64,000 nt of DNA from an uncultured Acidobacteriota bacterium (GTDB lineage Bacteria > Acidobacteriota > Terriglobia > Acidiferrales > UBA7541), in contig CAWAWE010000001.1 in the NCBI GenBank assembly GCA_963785605.1, positions 347,367 through 411,366 on the forward strand, read 5' to 3'. The translations under genes were made by a program, and so were the position numbers. Under the pieces are notes generated by a model. It was not told where the DNA came from, made no database searches, and saw only the letters and a list, made by a program, of their open reading frames with translations. This document shows positions 38,450-47,243 of the stretch, piece after piece. Numbering within the stretch: position 1 is the first letter of the stretch; each line of letters opens with the position of its first letter.

Positions 38450-40720
38450 ATGACGTCAATTCTCAAAGCCGGGCGTTACGAAATCGTTGCCGAACTTGGC
38501 CGCGGCGCTATGGGTGTCGTCTACAGAGCCACGGACCCCGTGATCGGGCGGCCGGTCGCGGTGAAGACGATCAAGCTCAGCGAGCAAGGCACAGGACTTA
38601 CGCGCTCGGAATTGATCGCTCGCTTTCAAACGGAAGCACGAGCGGCTGGATTGCTGACGCACCACAACATCGTGGTCGTGTACGACGCGGGCGAAGAAGA
38701 CGGCCTGTTTTACATCACGATGGAATTGGTGGAAGGCAAGAGCGTTCAGGCGCTGCTCGACGCGGGGCACGCATTTCCGCTGCCGCGCGTGCTGCGCATC
38801 ATGGAGCAGGCGTGCAACGCGCTCCAGTTCGCGCACGAAAACAACATCATTCACCGCGACATCAAGCCGGCGAACATCATGCTGACCGGCGACGACACGG
38901 TGAAAGTCACCGACTTCGGCACCGCGAAGATTTTGCAGTTCGGCACCGTGCAGCAAACCGCGCACGTGATGGGCACGCCGAGTTACATGTCGCCCGAACA
39001 AGTGAAGGGCCGCGCGGTCGATGGCCGCACCGATATTTTTTCGCTCGGAGTCATGCTCTATGAAATGATCACCGGCGAAAAGCCATTTCCCGGCGAGAGC
39101 ATCACCACTGTTATTTACAAGATCGTGAACGAAGTGCCTGTGCCGCCGCGCACGATCGATCCGACGATTCATCCCGGCATCAGCACCGCCGTGATGCGCG
39201 CGCTGGCGAAAGAGCCTGAGGATCGTTACCAGAGCTGCCACGAATTTCTCGAGGATTTGCGCAATTATCGCAACCTTGCGAGCGAATCGAATTCGCGCAC
39301 GACCGTTCCGTCGCTCGGCAATCGCAACGCTACGCCGAACGCGACTGTCGCGATGAATCCAGGATTGCGCGGACTGGCCGCGGACAATCCGCACATGACG
39401 CCGGGCCGCCGCGGCACAGAAACATTTGCGGATCCGTCCGCCGCGAACATGAGCCCGTTGCAGAATTCCCTGCTGCGCCGGACGGACAATATTCCTCCGT
39501 ATCAGCCGCCCGAAGAAAAAAGCATCGTGCGGACCGTGCTTGCGGCGATCGCGATGGTTGCGGTAATCGGCTTCGGCGCGTACAAGCTCAAGCCGGTTTT
39601 GTACGATATGCGCCATCCGGAAGCGCGTCGCGACGCTATCGCAAACACGGCCGCGCAATCGTCGGCTGGAGCAAATGCGCCAGCTGCAACGGGCGCCGAG
39701 ACTTCAACGCCGCAACCCGATGCGGCAGCAACGACCGCGCAGACTTCGCAACAATTGAACTCAACACAATCGAATGCAACACAATCGAATGCAACGCCGA
39801 GTGCGACGCAGCCTAACGCGGCGCAATCGCAGCCGAGCGGCGCGACAGAAAAATCCGATTCGCAGCAAATCGCACAGCAGAGTCCGCAGCAAAATGCTCA
39901 GCAGAACGCGAACAACTCGGCAGCTTCGCCGATCGATTCCACGCCACAGCCAACGCAAAACAGTTCTCCGGAAAAAACCTCTGCGGCAAAAATCGCCGCT
40001 GAAAAAATCGCGCCGGAAAAATCGAATACCGAAAAATTACCGACCGCAACACCCGCGAGCGAGAAACTCGAAGAATCTCCGCGACAACCTGCGGTTGCGA
40101 AAACTCCGGCGGGGCTGACTGCGAAAGCCGCGCAAGTGAAAAAGAAAATCGATGACGCGCTTGCGGAGCGAAACCTAAGCGGAAAAGCGAGCGTGCAGGG
40201 AGTCGGGAACACGCTGATGCTCACGGGGAAATTGCGACCGACGCAGCACGCAGCGCTGCTGAATCTTCTGCACGATGTTCCGGCAGGCGTGAAAATTGTG
40301 GACAACATCGGCGATGACAGTTCGTCGCCGGCCGCAACGAGTACGGGATCAACTACATCGACCGTCGCCCCGAAGACACAGAACGCCTCGCCTGTGGCGC
40401 AGAATTCGGGATCGGCTTCGACCAGCAATGGGCCAGCGCAGGCGGGTAATTCGACGGCGCCGGCGAGCGCGAGTTCGGATGCTCCGAAACCGACGGGCAG
40501 CCGCGTGGCTTGGGCCGATGTGAAGAGCTGGCCGGCGGGGGCTGAGATTTATATTGATGATTTTCCGACCGGGCAGAACACGCCGGCGCGGGTGCAGGTT
40601 TCGAGCGGCGTTCATATGTTTACCCTTCATAAGGAAGGGTTTAAGGACGTTCGGCGGGGCGTCGAAGTGAGCGACGGCGGCACGGTGGAAGTTCGCGGGC
40701 TGCTGCGACGCAATATGTAA
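38450..40720 (+). CDS. Ser/Thr protein kinase with a TM segment, a low-complexity linker, a BON-like domain and a C-terminal PEGA domain
   Basis: The ATG at 38450 gives MTSILKAGRYEIVAELGRGAMGVVYRA. Kinase motifs are VAVKTIK, HRDIKPANIML, DFGTAK and GTPSYMSPEQ. A TM helix (VLAAIAMVAVIGFGAY) and a Q/S/A/T-rich linker containing a 15-nt tandem duplication follow. The linker runs into AQVKKKIDDALAERNLSGKASVQGVGNTLMLTGKL (BON-like). The protein ends with WPAGAEIYIDDFPTGQNTPARVQVSSGVHMFTLHKEGF (PEGA). Confidence 0.9.
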   Translation: MTSILKAGRYEIVAELGRGAMGVVYRATDPVIGRPVAVKTIKLSEQGTGLTRSELIARFQTEARAAGLLTHHNIVVVYDAGEEDGLFYITMELVEGKSVQALLDAGHAFPLPRVLRIMEQACNALQFAHENNIIHRDIKPANIMLTGDDTVKVTDFGTAKILQFGTVQQTAHVMGTPSYMSPEQVKGRAVDGRTDIFSLGVMLYEMITGEKPFPGESITTVIYKIVNEVPVPPRTIDPTIHPGISTAVMRALAKEPEDRYQSCHEFLEDLRNYRNLASESNSRTTVPSLGNRNATPNATVAMNPGLRGLAADNPHMTPGRRGTETFADPSAANMSPLQNSLLRRTDNIPPYQPPEEKSIVRTVLAAIAMVAVIGFGAYKLKPVLYDMRHPEARRDAIANTAAQSSAGANAPAATGAETSTPQPDAAATTAQTSQQLNSTQSNATQSNATPSATQPNAAQSQPSGATEKSDSQQIAQQSPQQNAQQNANNSAASPIDSTPQPTQNSSPEKTSAAKIAAEKIAPEKSNTEKLPTATPASEKLEESPRQPAVAKTPAGLTAKAAQVKKKIDDALAERNLSGKASVQGVGNTLMLTGKLRPTQHAALLNLLHDVPAGVKIVDNIGDDSSSPAATSTGSTTSTVAPKTQNASPVAQNSGSASTSNGPAQAGNSTAPASASSDAPKPTGSRVAWADVKSWPAGAEIYIDDFPTGQNTPARVQVSSGVHMFTLHKEGFKDVRRGVEVSDGGTVEVRGLLRRNM

Positions 40721-40887
40721 GACCTGGCGAGGTCCGGCGAGCTTGCGCAGTAAGCCGTTCGAAGTACCTACCCCATACCCCCCATCGTTTTTGTAAGAGT
40801 GAATAAGCCGTTTGTGATCAGTGGGTTACAAGCGGGGTTGTTCTAAGTGTGCGCAAGGCGCTCATTTTCAGCGACTTACAGACCATT

Positions 40888-40999
40888 CGATTCGAACGAT
40901 TTTTGCGCAGGGGGTGGCGCCCACGGTTGGGAGTCGCACCCGTCAATCTATTGACGATAAAAGAGTTGCTGGACCGTGGAATCGTCCGCGTTCGAATCG
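40888..40999. other. Nested inverted-repeat element (three concentric helices) in a 570-nt intergenic leader
   Basis: The outer arms are CGATTCGAACG (40888-40898) and CGTTCGAATCG (40989-40999). The middle arms are CCACGG (40921-40926) and CCGTGG (40974-40979). The apex is a perfect palindrome, CGTCAAT-CT-ATTGACG (40941-40956). Confidence 0.35.
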
Positions 41000-41293
41000 C
41001 ACGTAAAACGGCTCGCGAAGAGGGGGCAGGGCGACTGTCGAGCGGGTTTATTGTGTTTCATTTTGTTACATTCAACGGATCGTAGTTCCCTGCCATCGAC
41101 ATTTAAGACTGAAAACACAGGAGTTAACTCGACTTTTTGTAGGTCGGTGGGTTGCTCTGTAGTCTACGACTTCATCCGTTCATTTGATTGATTTGCGGCA
41201 CGTTTGGGAGTTGGTCCGCCGACTCCAAGACGCGCTAACTGCGCAGTATGGGCAGAGGTGGGCGGCGGTTTAGGGTTTCTCTGAGAGGGCGAA

Positions 41294-42532
41294 TTGTCGT
41301 ATCGGATTCCAAAGATTGGGACGCAGGGGCGCGAGGACGATCGCGACGCGGTGCCTGTGGTTGCGGCTGCCGTTGAGGGTAGGCGCAAACCCGGCGCGGG
41401 CGCGACGACTTCGAGTGGGGCTCTGAAACTGGCGGCTCTGCGGAGTGAAGAGACGGAACGGGCGCTGCGACGATTTCATATTTTGTTGAATGCGACACGG
41501 CTCTACGAACGGCATCATCCGCACACTTTGCGCAGCCTGGACGATGCTTACGAGGCGATCCGAGGCGTTTCGACGCGGCTCAAAGGGTTTGAAATCCGCG
41601 TTGAACGCGGGCAGATCCGTGTGCCAAAGCACGGTGACGAACCGCTGGCCGATCCGCGCGGGGAGTTGCAGGCGCTTGCGAAGGAGTTGGAGCGCACTGG
41701 AATTCACACGATCGCGTTTGGACGCGAGTTTCATGTAGGCGAACTCGACACGATGGCGCAACTCGTGAGAAGTTCGCTGCTAACATCGGAAGAGAGCGCG
41801 AAGCACGATTCAACAGCGCGTTGGTCGGCGTTGCTCACCGAAAATCGAGTGGAAGGAATTACGGTCAACACACAGTCCGATCGACGGGTGGATTCCGTGC
41901 TGGCGAGCATGATCGCGGCACTGGTGGCGTATGGGGGGAACACTCCACGCGAGGGCGGCGACAAGCCGATTGCGGCGCCGGGATTCGATGAGCTGGTGGC
42001 GACGCTGAGCTTGCTGGCGAGGCTGACGCCTCCGCTGGAAGCGGCGCGAGGGATTTCGCCGGAAGAAGGCGCGCGCGCGATTCACTCGGCAATGGAAGCG
42101 GCGAGCCGCGACACCGTGCGGCTGCTGCTGAGCAGCGTCTCGCAGTATGCACCGCGAGAAGGCGAAGAGCCGCAACCCTATCTATTGCGCTTGTCGGAAA
42201 ACCTAATCTTTGAATTTCTGGCGCCGGAGTTTTCGGCGGGGGCGCTGACGCCAACGACGGTGCGTCCGATGCTGCACCGATTGGGCGGAGTTTTGGTGAC
42301 CGCGGGAAAGTACAGCGGGCCGCACGCGTCATCGCATTTGTCTACGTTTGCGACAAAGTGGGCGAGCGAGACGTACCGGGAAAAGTTGATCGAGAAGATT
42401 CTGGCTGGAGATGCCGCCGCGCGAGAAGTCGGCTGTGTTGAAAGGGCCGGACGTGTGGTGCGTGCCCATCGTGGCGCTGCGGCAGAACTTGGCGCAGCTT
42501 GCGGAAGCGGGAGCGGACGCGCCGCGACGTGA
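41294..42532 (+). CDS. N-terminal part of a large HEAT-like/PilZ protein (the frame is meaningful to about 42398)
   Basis: The 412-aa ORF is helical and repeat-like. After ..TYREKLIEK the frame turns into Ala/Gly/Arg nonsense. The frame of 42411 is open from 42390 and reads ..FWLEMPPREKSAVLKGPDVW. This implies a 1-nt insertion near 42396-42400 (gagaagAttctgg). Confidence 0.65.
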   Translation: MSYRIPKIGTQGREDDRDAVPVVAAAVEGRRKPGAGATTSSGALKLAALRSEETERALRRFHILLNATRLYERHHPHTLRSLDDAYEAIRGVSTRLKGFEIRVERGQIRVPKHGDEPLADPRGELQALAKELERTGIHTIAFGREFHVGELDTMAQLVRSSLLTSEESAKHDSTARWSALLTENRVEGITVNTQSDRRVDSVLASMIAALVAYGGNTPREGGDKPIAAPGFDELVATLSLLARLTPPLEAARGISPEEGARAIHSAMEAASRDTVRLLLSSVSQYAPREGEEPQPYLLRLSENLIFEFLAPEFSAGALTPTTVRPMLHRLGGVLVTAGKYSGPHASSHLSTFATKWASETYREKLIEKILAGDAAAREVGCVERAGRVVRAHRGAAAELGAACGSGSGRAAT

Positions 42533-43940
42533 AGCGCGGAGCATTTTGCTGAACTATGCGCGCCGGATCGAACACGAGGAGTCGCTTTGCCGGCGGTCGA
42601 TTGCGGCCGGACTGAATGAGCTGACGGCGGTGATCGAATCGCTGTGGCCGAATCAGGTGCCGGAGGATTTGAGCAAAGGCACGCTGGCGGCGCTGGAGAA
42701 GGAACGGACGCCGGAGACGGGGGCGCTGCTTGCGGCGTTTCTGGAGACGCTAGGACGCATCGCGGTGAATCGCGGGGACTATGCGGGATTTGAGACGATT
42801 TTGACCGGGCTGGAGCGCGCGCCGAGGGACAAAGAACACGATCACATGACGAACCTGGCGCGACGGATGGTGGCGCAGGATCGGTGGCTGCTGCTGGTGG
42901 ATGCGTCGTTCGCGAATCGGGCGCTCGATCCGGTATTGCCGCGATTGTTGCAGCGCGATCCGGAGCGATTGCTGGATCGGATGTCGCTGCTGCTGACGGA
43001 AGTTGGAAGCCACGAGATGGTGCCCGGCATGGCGCGACTGCTGCGGACGATTGGCGTGCCGGTTTTGAATCTGCTCGAAGCGCGGCTTTACGATTCGCGG
43101 AAGCAGCGGGTGAGCGCAGCGATCAAATTGTTGGCGGCGACTGATTCGGACCGATTGCTGCGCGGGGTGGATCGAGCGATTGCGGCGTGGGATTGGAATT
43201 TGCAGGATTTGGCGGTGAGCGAGCTTTCGCGACCGACGAATTCGGCGTCGGCGCACAGTGCGGCGGGAGTTTTCGCGCATGTGTTGGCGGATGCGCATCC
43301 GCTGGTAGTGCCGATGATGATCGATCAAATCGGGCTGGCGATGGAGATTACGGCCGTGCCGCAACTGATGGAGATTGCGTCGGGCGATCACGAAGCGCTG
43401 CGCGATCAGTTTGTGAGGATCAAGGCGATCGAGGCGCTGGGACGGATGCGTGCGGTGGAAGCGATGGAGTTGCTGAGATCGCTGGCGGAAAAGCGGGAAG
43501 GGATTACTTACGTCGAGGCCGGGGGTTTACGGGCGGCGGCGGAAGATGCGTTGGCGATGATGGAGGAGCGGCCGTCGTCGGCGCGAGCGCGAGCGACATT
43601 TGAGGCTGGGGCGCAGGCGAGCGCGAACTTTGTGATTCCGCGGCGGTACGTGCGCGTGCCGCTGGATTCGCCGTTGCGGGCGCAGATCGAAGGCGGGCCG
43701 ACGGCGCAGATGGCGCGGGTGAAGACGATCAGTTTGGGCGGGGCGTATCTGGAGTCGCAGAAGAAATTGACGGTGGGAGATTCGATCAAGCTGGAGATTC
43801 GGTCGGGATTTCGGAAATTGAATTTTACGGCGGTGGTGAGGAATATTGGGGCGGAGGGGAATGGCGTGGAGTTTGTGCATATGAAGGATGAGGATCGGGA
43901 GAAGTTGAGGAAGCTGGTGCAGAGGAATTTGCAGCTGTAA
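42411..43940 (+). CDS. C-terminal part of the HEAT-like/PilZ protein (c-di-GMP-binding PilZ domain at the end)
   Basis: 509 aa. HEAT-like units include VPQLMEIASGDHEALRDQFVRIKAIEALGRMRAVEAMELLRSLAE. The PilZ motifs are RRYVR (RxxxR) and TISLGG (the D/N-x-S-x-x-G position), followed by GNGVEFVHMKDEDREKLRKLV. Confidence 0.75.
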   Translation: MPPREKSAVLKGPDVWCVPIVALRQNLAQLAEAGADAPRREARSILLNYARRIEHEESLCRRSIAAGLNELTAVIESLWPNQVPEDLSKGTLAALEKERTPETGALLAAFLETLGRIAVNRGDYAGFETILTGLERAPRDKEHDHMTNLARRMVAQDRWLLLVDASFANRALDPVLPRLLQRDPERLLDRMSLLLTEVGSHEMVPGMARLLRTIGVPVLNLLEARLYDSRKQRVSAAIKLLAATDSDRLLRGVDRAIAAWDWNLQDLAVSELSRPTNSASAHSAAGVFAHVLADAHPLVVPMMIDQIGLAMEITAVPQLMEIASGDHEALRDQFVRIKAIEALGRMRAVEAMELLRSLAEKREGITYVEAGGLRAAAEDALAMMEERPSSARARATFEAGAQASANFVIPRRYVRVPLDSPLRAQIEGGPTAQMARVKTISLGGAYLESQKKLTVGDSIKLEIRSGFRKLNFTAVVRNIGAEGNGVEFVHMKDEDREKLRKLVQRNLQL

Positions 43941-43943
43941 GAG

Positions 43944-44024
43944 AAGGCGAAGTAAAGAGGTAATGAAGTAAAGAAGTAATGATGAGGAGGCGGTTATGGC
44001 GGCTTTGGGCCGCCATTTTTATTT
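43944..44024 (+). terminator. Stop-proximal purine-rich module D2 plus a rho-independent terminator
   Basis: The module aaggcgaagtaaagaggtaatgaagtaaagaagtaatgatg comes first. The hairpin ATGGCGGC-tttgg-GCCGCCAT (43996-44016) follows, then TTTTTATTT. Confidence 0.7.
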
Positions 44025-44096
44025 GGGGTCGGGCTTGAGGGTGGGAGGAGGGCGGAAAACCGGGCTGGGGTTAAGTCAATACGTCCGGGCAAGTTG

Positions 44097-44120
44097 GGGC
44101 GCAGCGGTGTGCGCCCGTAT
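44097..44120 (+). repeat. REP-like family A copy
   Basis: GGGCGCA-gcggtg-TGCGCCC followed by GTAT. Confidence 0.6.
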
Positions 44121-44155
44121 ATGGACGGGCGCGTTACAACGGGAATGGACATGGC

Positions 44156-45051
44156 CTATTTGCGCTTGGCGATGATTTTTGCGGTGTAGGAGTTTAGGTC
44201 GAAGAGGGCTTCGTCGCTGACTGCTTTCATGCGGGCGCGGCGGGCAGCGCGCAGGGATTGCTCGCTGTCGGTGATGGCCGAGGCCCGCGCGGTCAAGCCG
44301 ACGGTGTCCTTTCGATGGATTAACTCGGTTGCGTAGGTTCGGGAAACTTGCGGCTTGGTGGCGTCTTTTTCGAAATTCGCGAGAGCATTGTCGGAATCGG
44401 GTGTTTGCGCGTACCAGAGGAGAAGGAGGAGAGATTTTTGAGCGGTCTCGTCCTTTTCGTCGTGCAGCGAGAAATCGCGGGTTGAAGCCAGAAATTCTGG
44501 TCGGTGGGCATCAGCATGTGGATCAAACAATAGTCTTGACGAGGGTGAGGAAGTGTTCGGGGATGAAGATGGAGAACTTGGGAGTGGCGAGAATGTGGAA
44601 AGCGGCGGTTGTGGTGTCAGCGCCGAGGGCGGCGAATTTGTGAACGAGCAACACGTAGTCTCTCAACTGGAGATCTCGGATGTCCGAGCGAGCGACGGCA
44701 TTGAGGATGATTTTGTGGTCGGCGGGATCGTTGGAAAGCGTGTCCAATAGGCTGGCGCCGTCGTAGAGGAAGAAGGGCGGGTTGCTGAAGTCAGTTAGTT
44801 CTTGGCGGAGAGCGGGAACGTAGACGTCGCGTTGCAATTTCGCCTTTTTCCAAAACAGATCGAGGACAGCGGACTTTTCGTTGATTTGGGCGGTGGTGAG
44901 AGTGTGCGGCTGAAAATGTAGGTTTGTTGGATCTCGGCGTGGAGGCGGTTGGGGCGGGAGATTGAGCGGCGATCGTGGAAACGAGAAGAATAGAGAGAAA
45001 CAGCATTCGAGCAACGGGAACGACCTGTTGGTATCTCATTTGATACGACAT
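44156..45051 (-). pseudogene. Hypothetical secreted protein gene split over three frames
   Basis: ORF 44791-45051 gives the signal peptide MRYQQVVPVARMLFLSILLVSTIAAQ. ORF 44523-45014 gives ..HTLTTAQINEKSAVLDLFWKKAKLQRDVYVPALRQEL..EHFLTLVKTIV, then a stop. ORF 44156-44530 continues FDPHADAHRPEFLAS..AKIIAKRK. The breaks are near 44880-44965 and 44523-44533. Confidence 0.6.
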
Positions 45052-45159
45052 AGCAGGTTTATGTAATGGGTTGGGTTCAGCGCCGCTGGTGAGAACGTTC
45101 TTGCAACAGGCGCTGGACGTTTTTCTGGAGTGAGGACGAGCTTTGTCGTGGAGATTGAT

Positions 45160-46149
45160 TCAGCCGGGGTACCAGACTTTGCGGGGGGCGGTGGCGGGGC
45201 GGTTGTAGGTCCAGGATTCGTCGATGAGGCGTTTCAGGTCGTAGCGGGGGCGCCAGCCTAGCAGGAATTTTGCTTTGGAATTATCGAGCCAGGTGGAGAA
45301 ATACGGAGTTTTGATTTCGACGGCGGACATTCCTCGCGATTCGCGCAGGTAGTCGGCGACTTGCAGATAGTCGACGGGTTCATCCATACAAATGTTGAAG
45401 GTTTGCTGGTGGGCTTTGGGGTGATCGAGAGCGAGGACGATGCTTTCGATCAAGTCGGAGACGTGGACGAAATTGCGTTTTACGGGTTTGCCGGCGGGAT
45501 CGAGCATTAAAGGAACGGCGTTGCGCTTGGCGTATTCGCCGGCGCTTTCGGGGCCGACGAGAGTGCGCCAGTTGGGGCCTCCGAAGACGTCTTCGCCGAA
45601 GGATAGCGAATATTTGAAGTCGTCTTTCTCCATGATCCATGGGGCGCGCAGACAGCAGCCGGCGAGATCGTATTGGACGAAATATTGCTCGAGCATGACT
45701 TCTTCTAAAACTTTGGAGAGGGCGTAGCAGCCGGGGTAGGCGGTGTGTTTCTGCTGCTCGGTGATGGGGAGCGGATGAGGATAGAAGAAATGGCCGACGG
45801 CGCAATCGCCACCGATGAGAAGAAATTGGCGGAACGTTTCGCTGGCGCGGCATTCTTCGAGCAGCCAGAAGAGGCCTTTGACGGCGACGTCGATCACTTC
45901 GTCGGGCGTTTCTTTGCAGGTGGCGCAGTGAATGACGTGGGTGACGCCGGCCATGGCGCGGCGGACGACGTCGCGGTCGGAGATATTGCCGGTCACGATT
46001 TCGAGGCGATCGTGGGGAGCGAGCGGGCGATTGTGGCAGAGGGCGCGAATGGTGACATCGGCGAGGTCGTCGTGACCTTGATCGAGGACGCGACGAATGA
46101 AATTGGAGCCGACTTTACCGGTTGCGCCGGTGACGAGAATGCGTTTCAT
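45160..46149 (-). CDS. NAD-dependent epimerase/dehydratase family protein
   Basis: The ATG at 46149 gives MKRILVTGATGKVGSNFIRRVL, a Rossmann GxxGxxG motif. YALSK supplies the YxxxK catalytic motif. The product is 329 aa. Confidence 0.85.
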   Translation of the reverse strand: MKRILVTGATGKVGSNFIRRVLDQGHDDLADVTIRALCHNRPLAPHDRLEIVTGNISDRDVVRRAMAGVTHVIHCATCKETPDEVIDVAVKGLFWLLEECRASETFRQFLLIGGDCAVGHFFYPHPLPITEQQKHTAYPGCYALSKVLEEVMLEQYFVQYDLAGCCLRAPWIMEKDDFKYSLSFGEDVFGGPNWRTLVGPESAGEYAKRNAVPLMLDPAGKPVKRNFVHVSDLIESIVLALDHPKAHQQTFNICMDEPVDYLQVADYLRESRGMSAVEIKTPYFSTWLDNSKAKFLLGWRPRYDLKRLIDESWTYNRPATAPRKVWYPG

Positions 46150-46334
46150 GAGGGCTTTCTGTTTTTGAAGATTTGAAATGCCTGTGACGTTTCGATAGCG
46201 ACGAAACACGACGCCACAGATGATGAGCGCGGTCTTGCGCGGATGTAAACAGTTGATTGGCGGTTGACGATGGATGACGGAGGCATTGGTAGACTGATGG
46301 AGATGAGCGCACACGGCGAGTTAGTGAGGGGCGG

Positions 46335-46649
46335 ATGACGAATGAAGGAATGAGTGCGGTGTTGGGGACGGCGGCGGGGTTTTGTACGACGGTGTCGTTT
46401 GTGCCGCAGATTATTAAGATTTGGAGGCAGGGTGGGCGTGATGTTTCGTATGGGATGCTGACGTTATTTTTGGCGGGAGTGTTGTTGTGGTTTGGGTATG
46501 GGGTGGTGGTGAAGGCGCAGGCGGTGATTATTACGAATTTGGCGACGGCGGTGTTGATTGCGATTGCGATGGGGATGAAGGCGTGGACGGCGAAGAGGGA
46601 TTTTGGGAAGGCGGTGATGGGGGATGTGCGGGTGGGGACGGGGGACTAA
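46335..46649 (+). CDS. SemiSWEET (PQ-loop) family transporter
   Basis: 104 aa with three TM helices and the PQ motif (TTVSFVPQIIKIWRQGG). The size is typical for a bacterial SemiSWEET plus a short tail. Confidence 0.8.
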   Translation: MTNEGMSAVLGTAAGFCTTVSFVPQIIKIWRQGGRDVSYGMLTLFLAGVLLWFGYGVVVKAQAVIITNLATAVLIAIAMGMKAWTAKRDFGKAVMGDVRVGTGD

Positions 46650-46654
46650 AGAGA

Positions 46655-46730
46655 AAAGCGAAGTAAAAGAAGAAGGAAGAAACGGGTAAGAGCGGGGAGT
46701 GGTGGCGGCTTCGGCCGCCATTTTTATTTT
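46655..46730 (+). terminator. Stop-proximal purine-rich module D3 plus a rho-independent terminator
   Basis: The module aaagcgaagtaaaagaagaagg comes first. The hairpin TGGCGGC-ttcg-GCCGCCA (46703-46720) follows, then TTTTTATTTT. Confidence 0.7.
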
Positions 46731-46860
46731 GTGGGGGGGAAAGTAGCAGATTCGTTGCAAGAGAGAAAACGCGATGGGCCGGAGTATGTCGCGTAGACGA
46801 CGCACTTCGCAAAAGGTGATTGCGATCAAAACGACGAACACTTGGGCAGGGCTGACGTTG

Positions 46861-46891
46861 TGCCTGGGCGCCCTGAAGGGACGCCCCTACA
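46861..46891 (+). repeat. REP-like family C copy
   Basis: tgcctgggcgccctgaagggacgcccctaca. Confidence 0.75.
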
Positions 46892-46952
46892 GGAGATTGG
46901 GTGCGTGGGGTGCACGGGAGATTTGGATCGATGGGCCAGTGGTTAGTGGCGA

Positions 46953-46998
46953 GGTGCGGTGGGGAAAAACGCCAGCAGGATGCCGGCGCTACCGAGAG
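46953..46998 (+). repeat. REP-like family B copy
   Basis: ggtgcggtggggaaaaacgccagcaggatgccggcgctaccgagag. Confidence 0.75.
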
Positions 46999-47182
46999 TG
47001 TGGCGGATTGGGCGCAGGGGGTTGCGAAAAGTGAATGTTGAATTTGGCGCACTAGTAGAGTAAAAGCCGATTGTTCATTTTTGAAGCCGTGCATTGACGG
47101 ATTCTTGTCTCGACAGACCGGGACGTCTTGTCAGGGTGGTGTGCATGGTGACTCGCGATCGCGGTCGAAATCTTGCCGAGTT

Positions 47183-47210
47183 GGGGCGCAGCAGTGCTGC
47201 TCCCGTACAC
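47183..47210 (+). repeat. REP-like family A copy
   Basis: ggggcgcagcagtgctgctcccgtacac. Confidence 0.65.
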
Positions 47211-47243
47211 GGAAAACATCCAGAGTCGATTGAGGAGGTTGGG

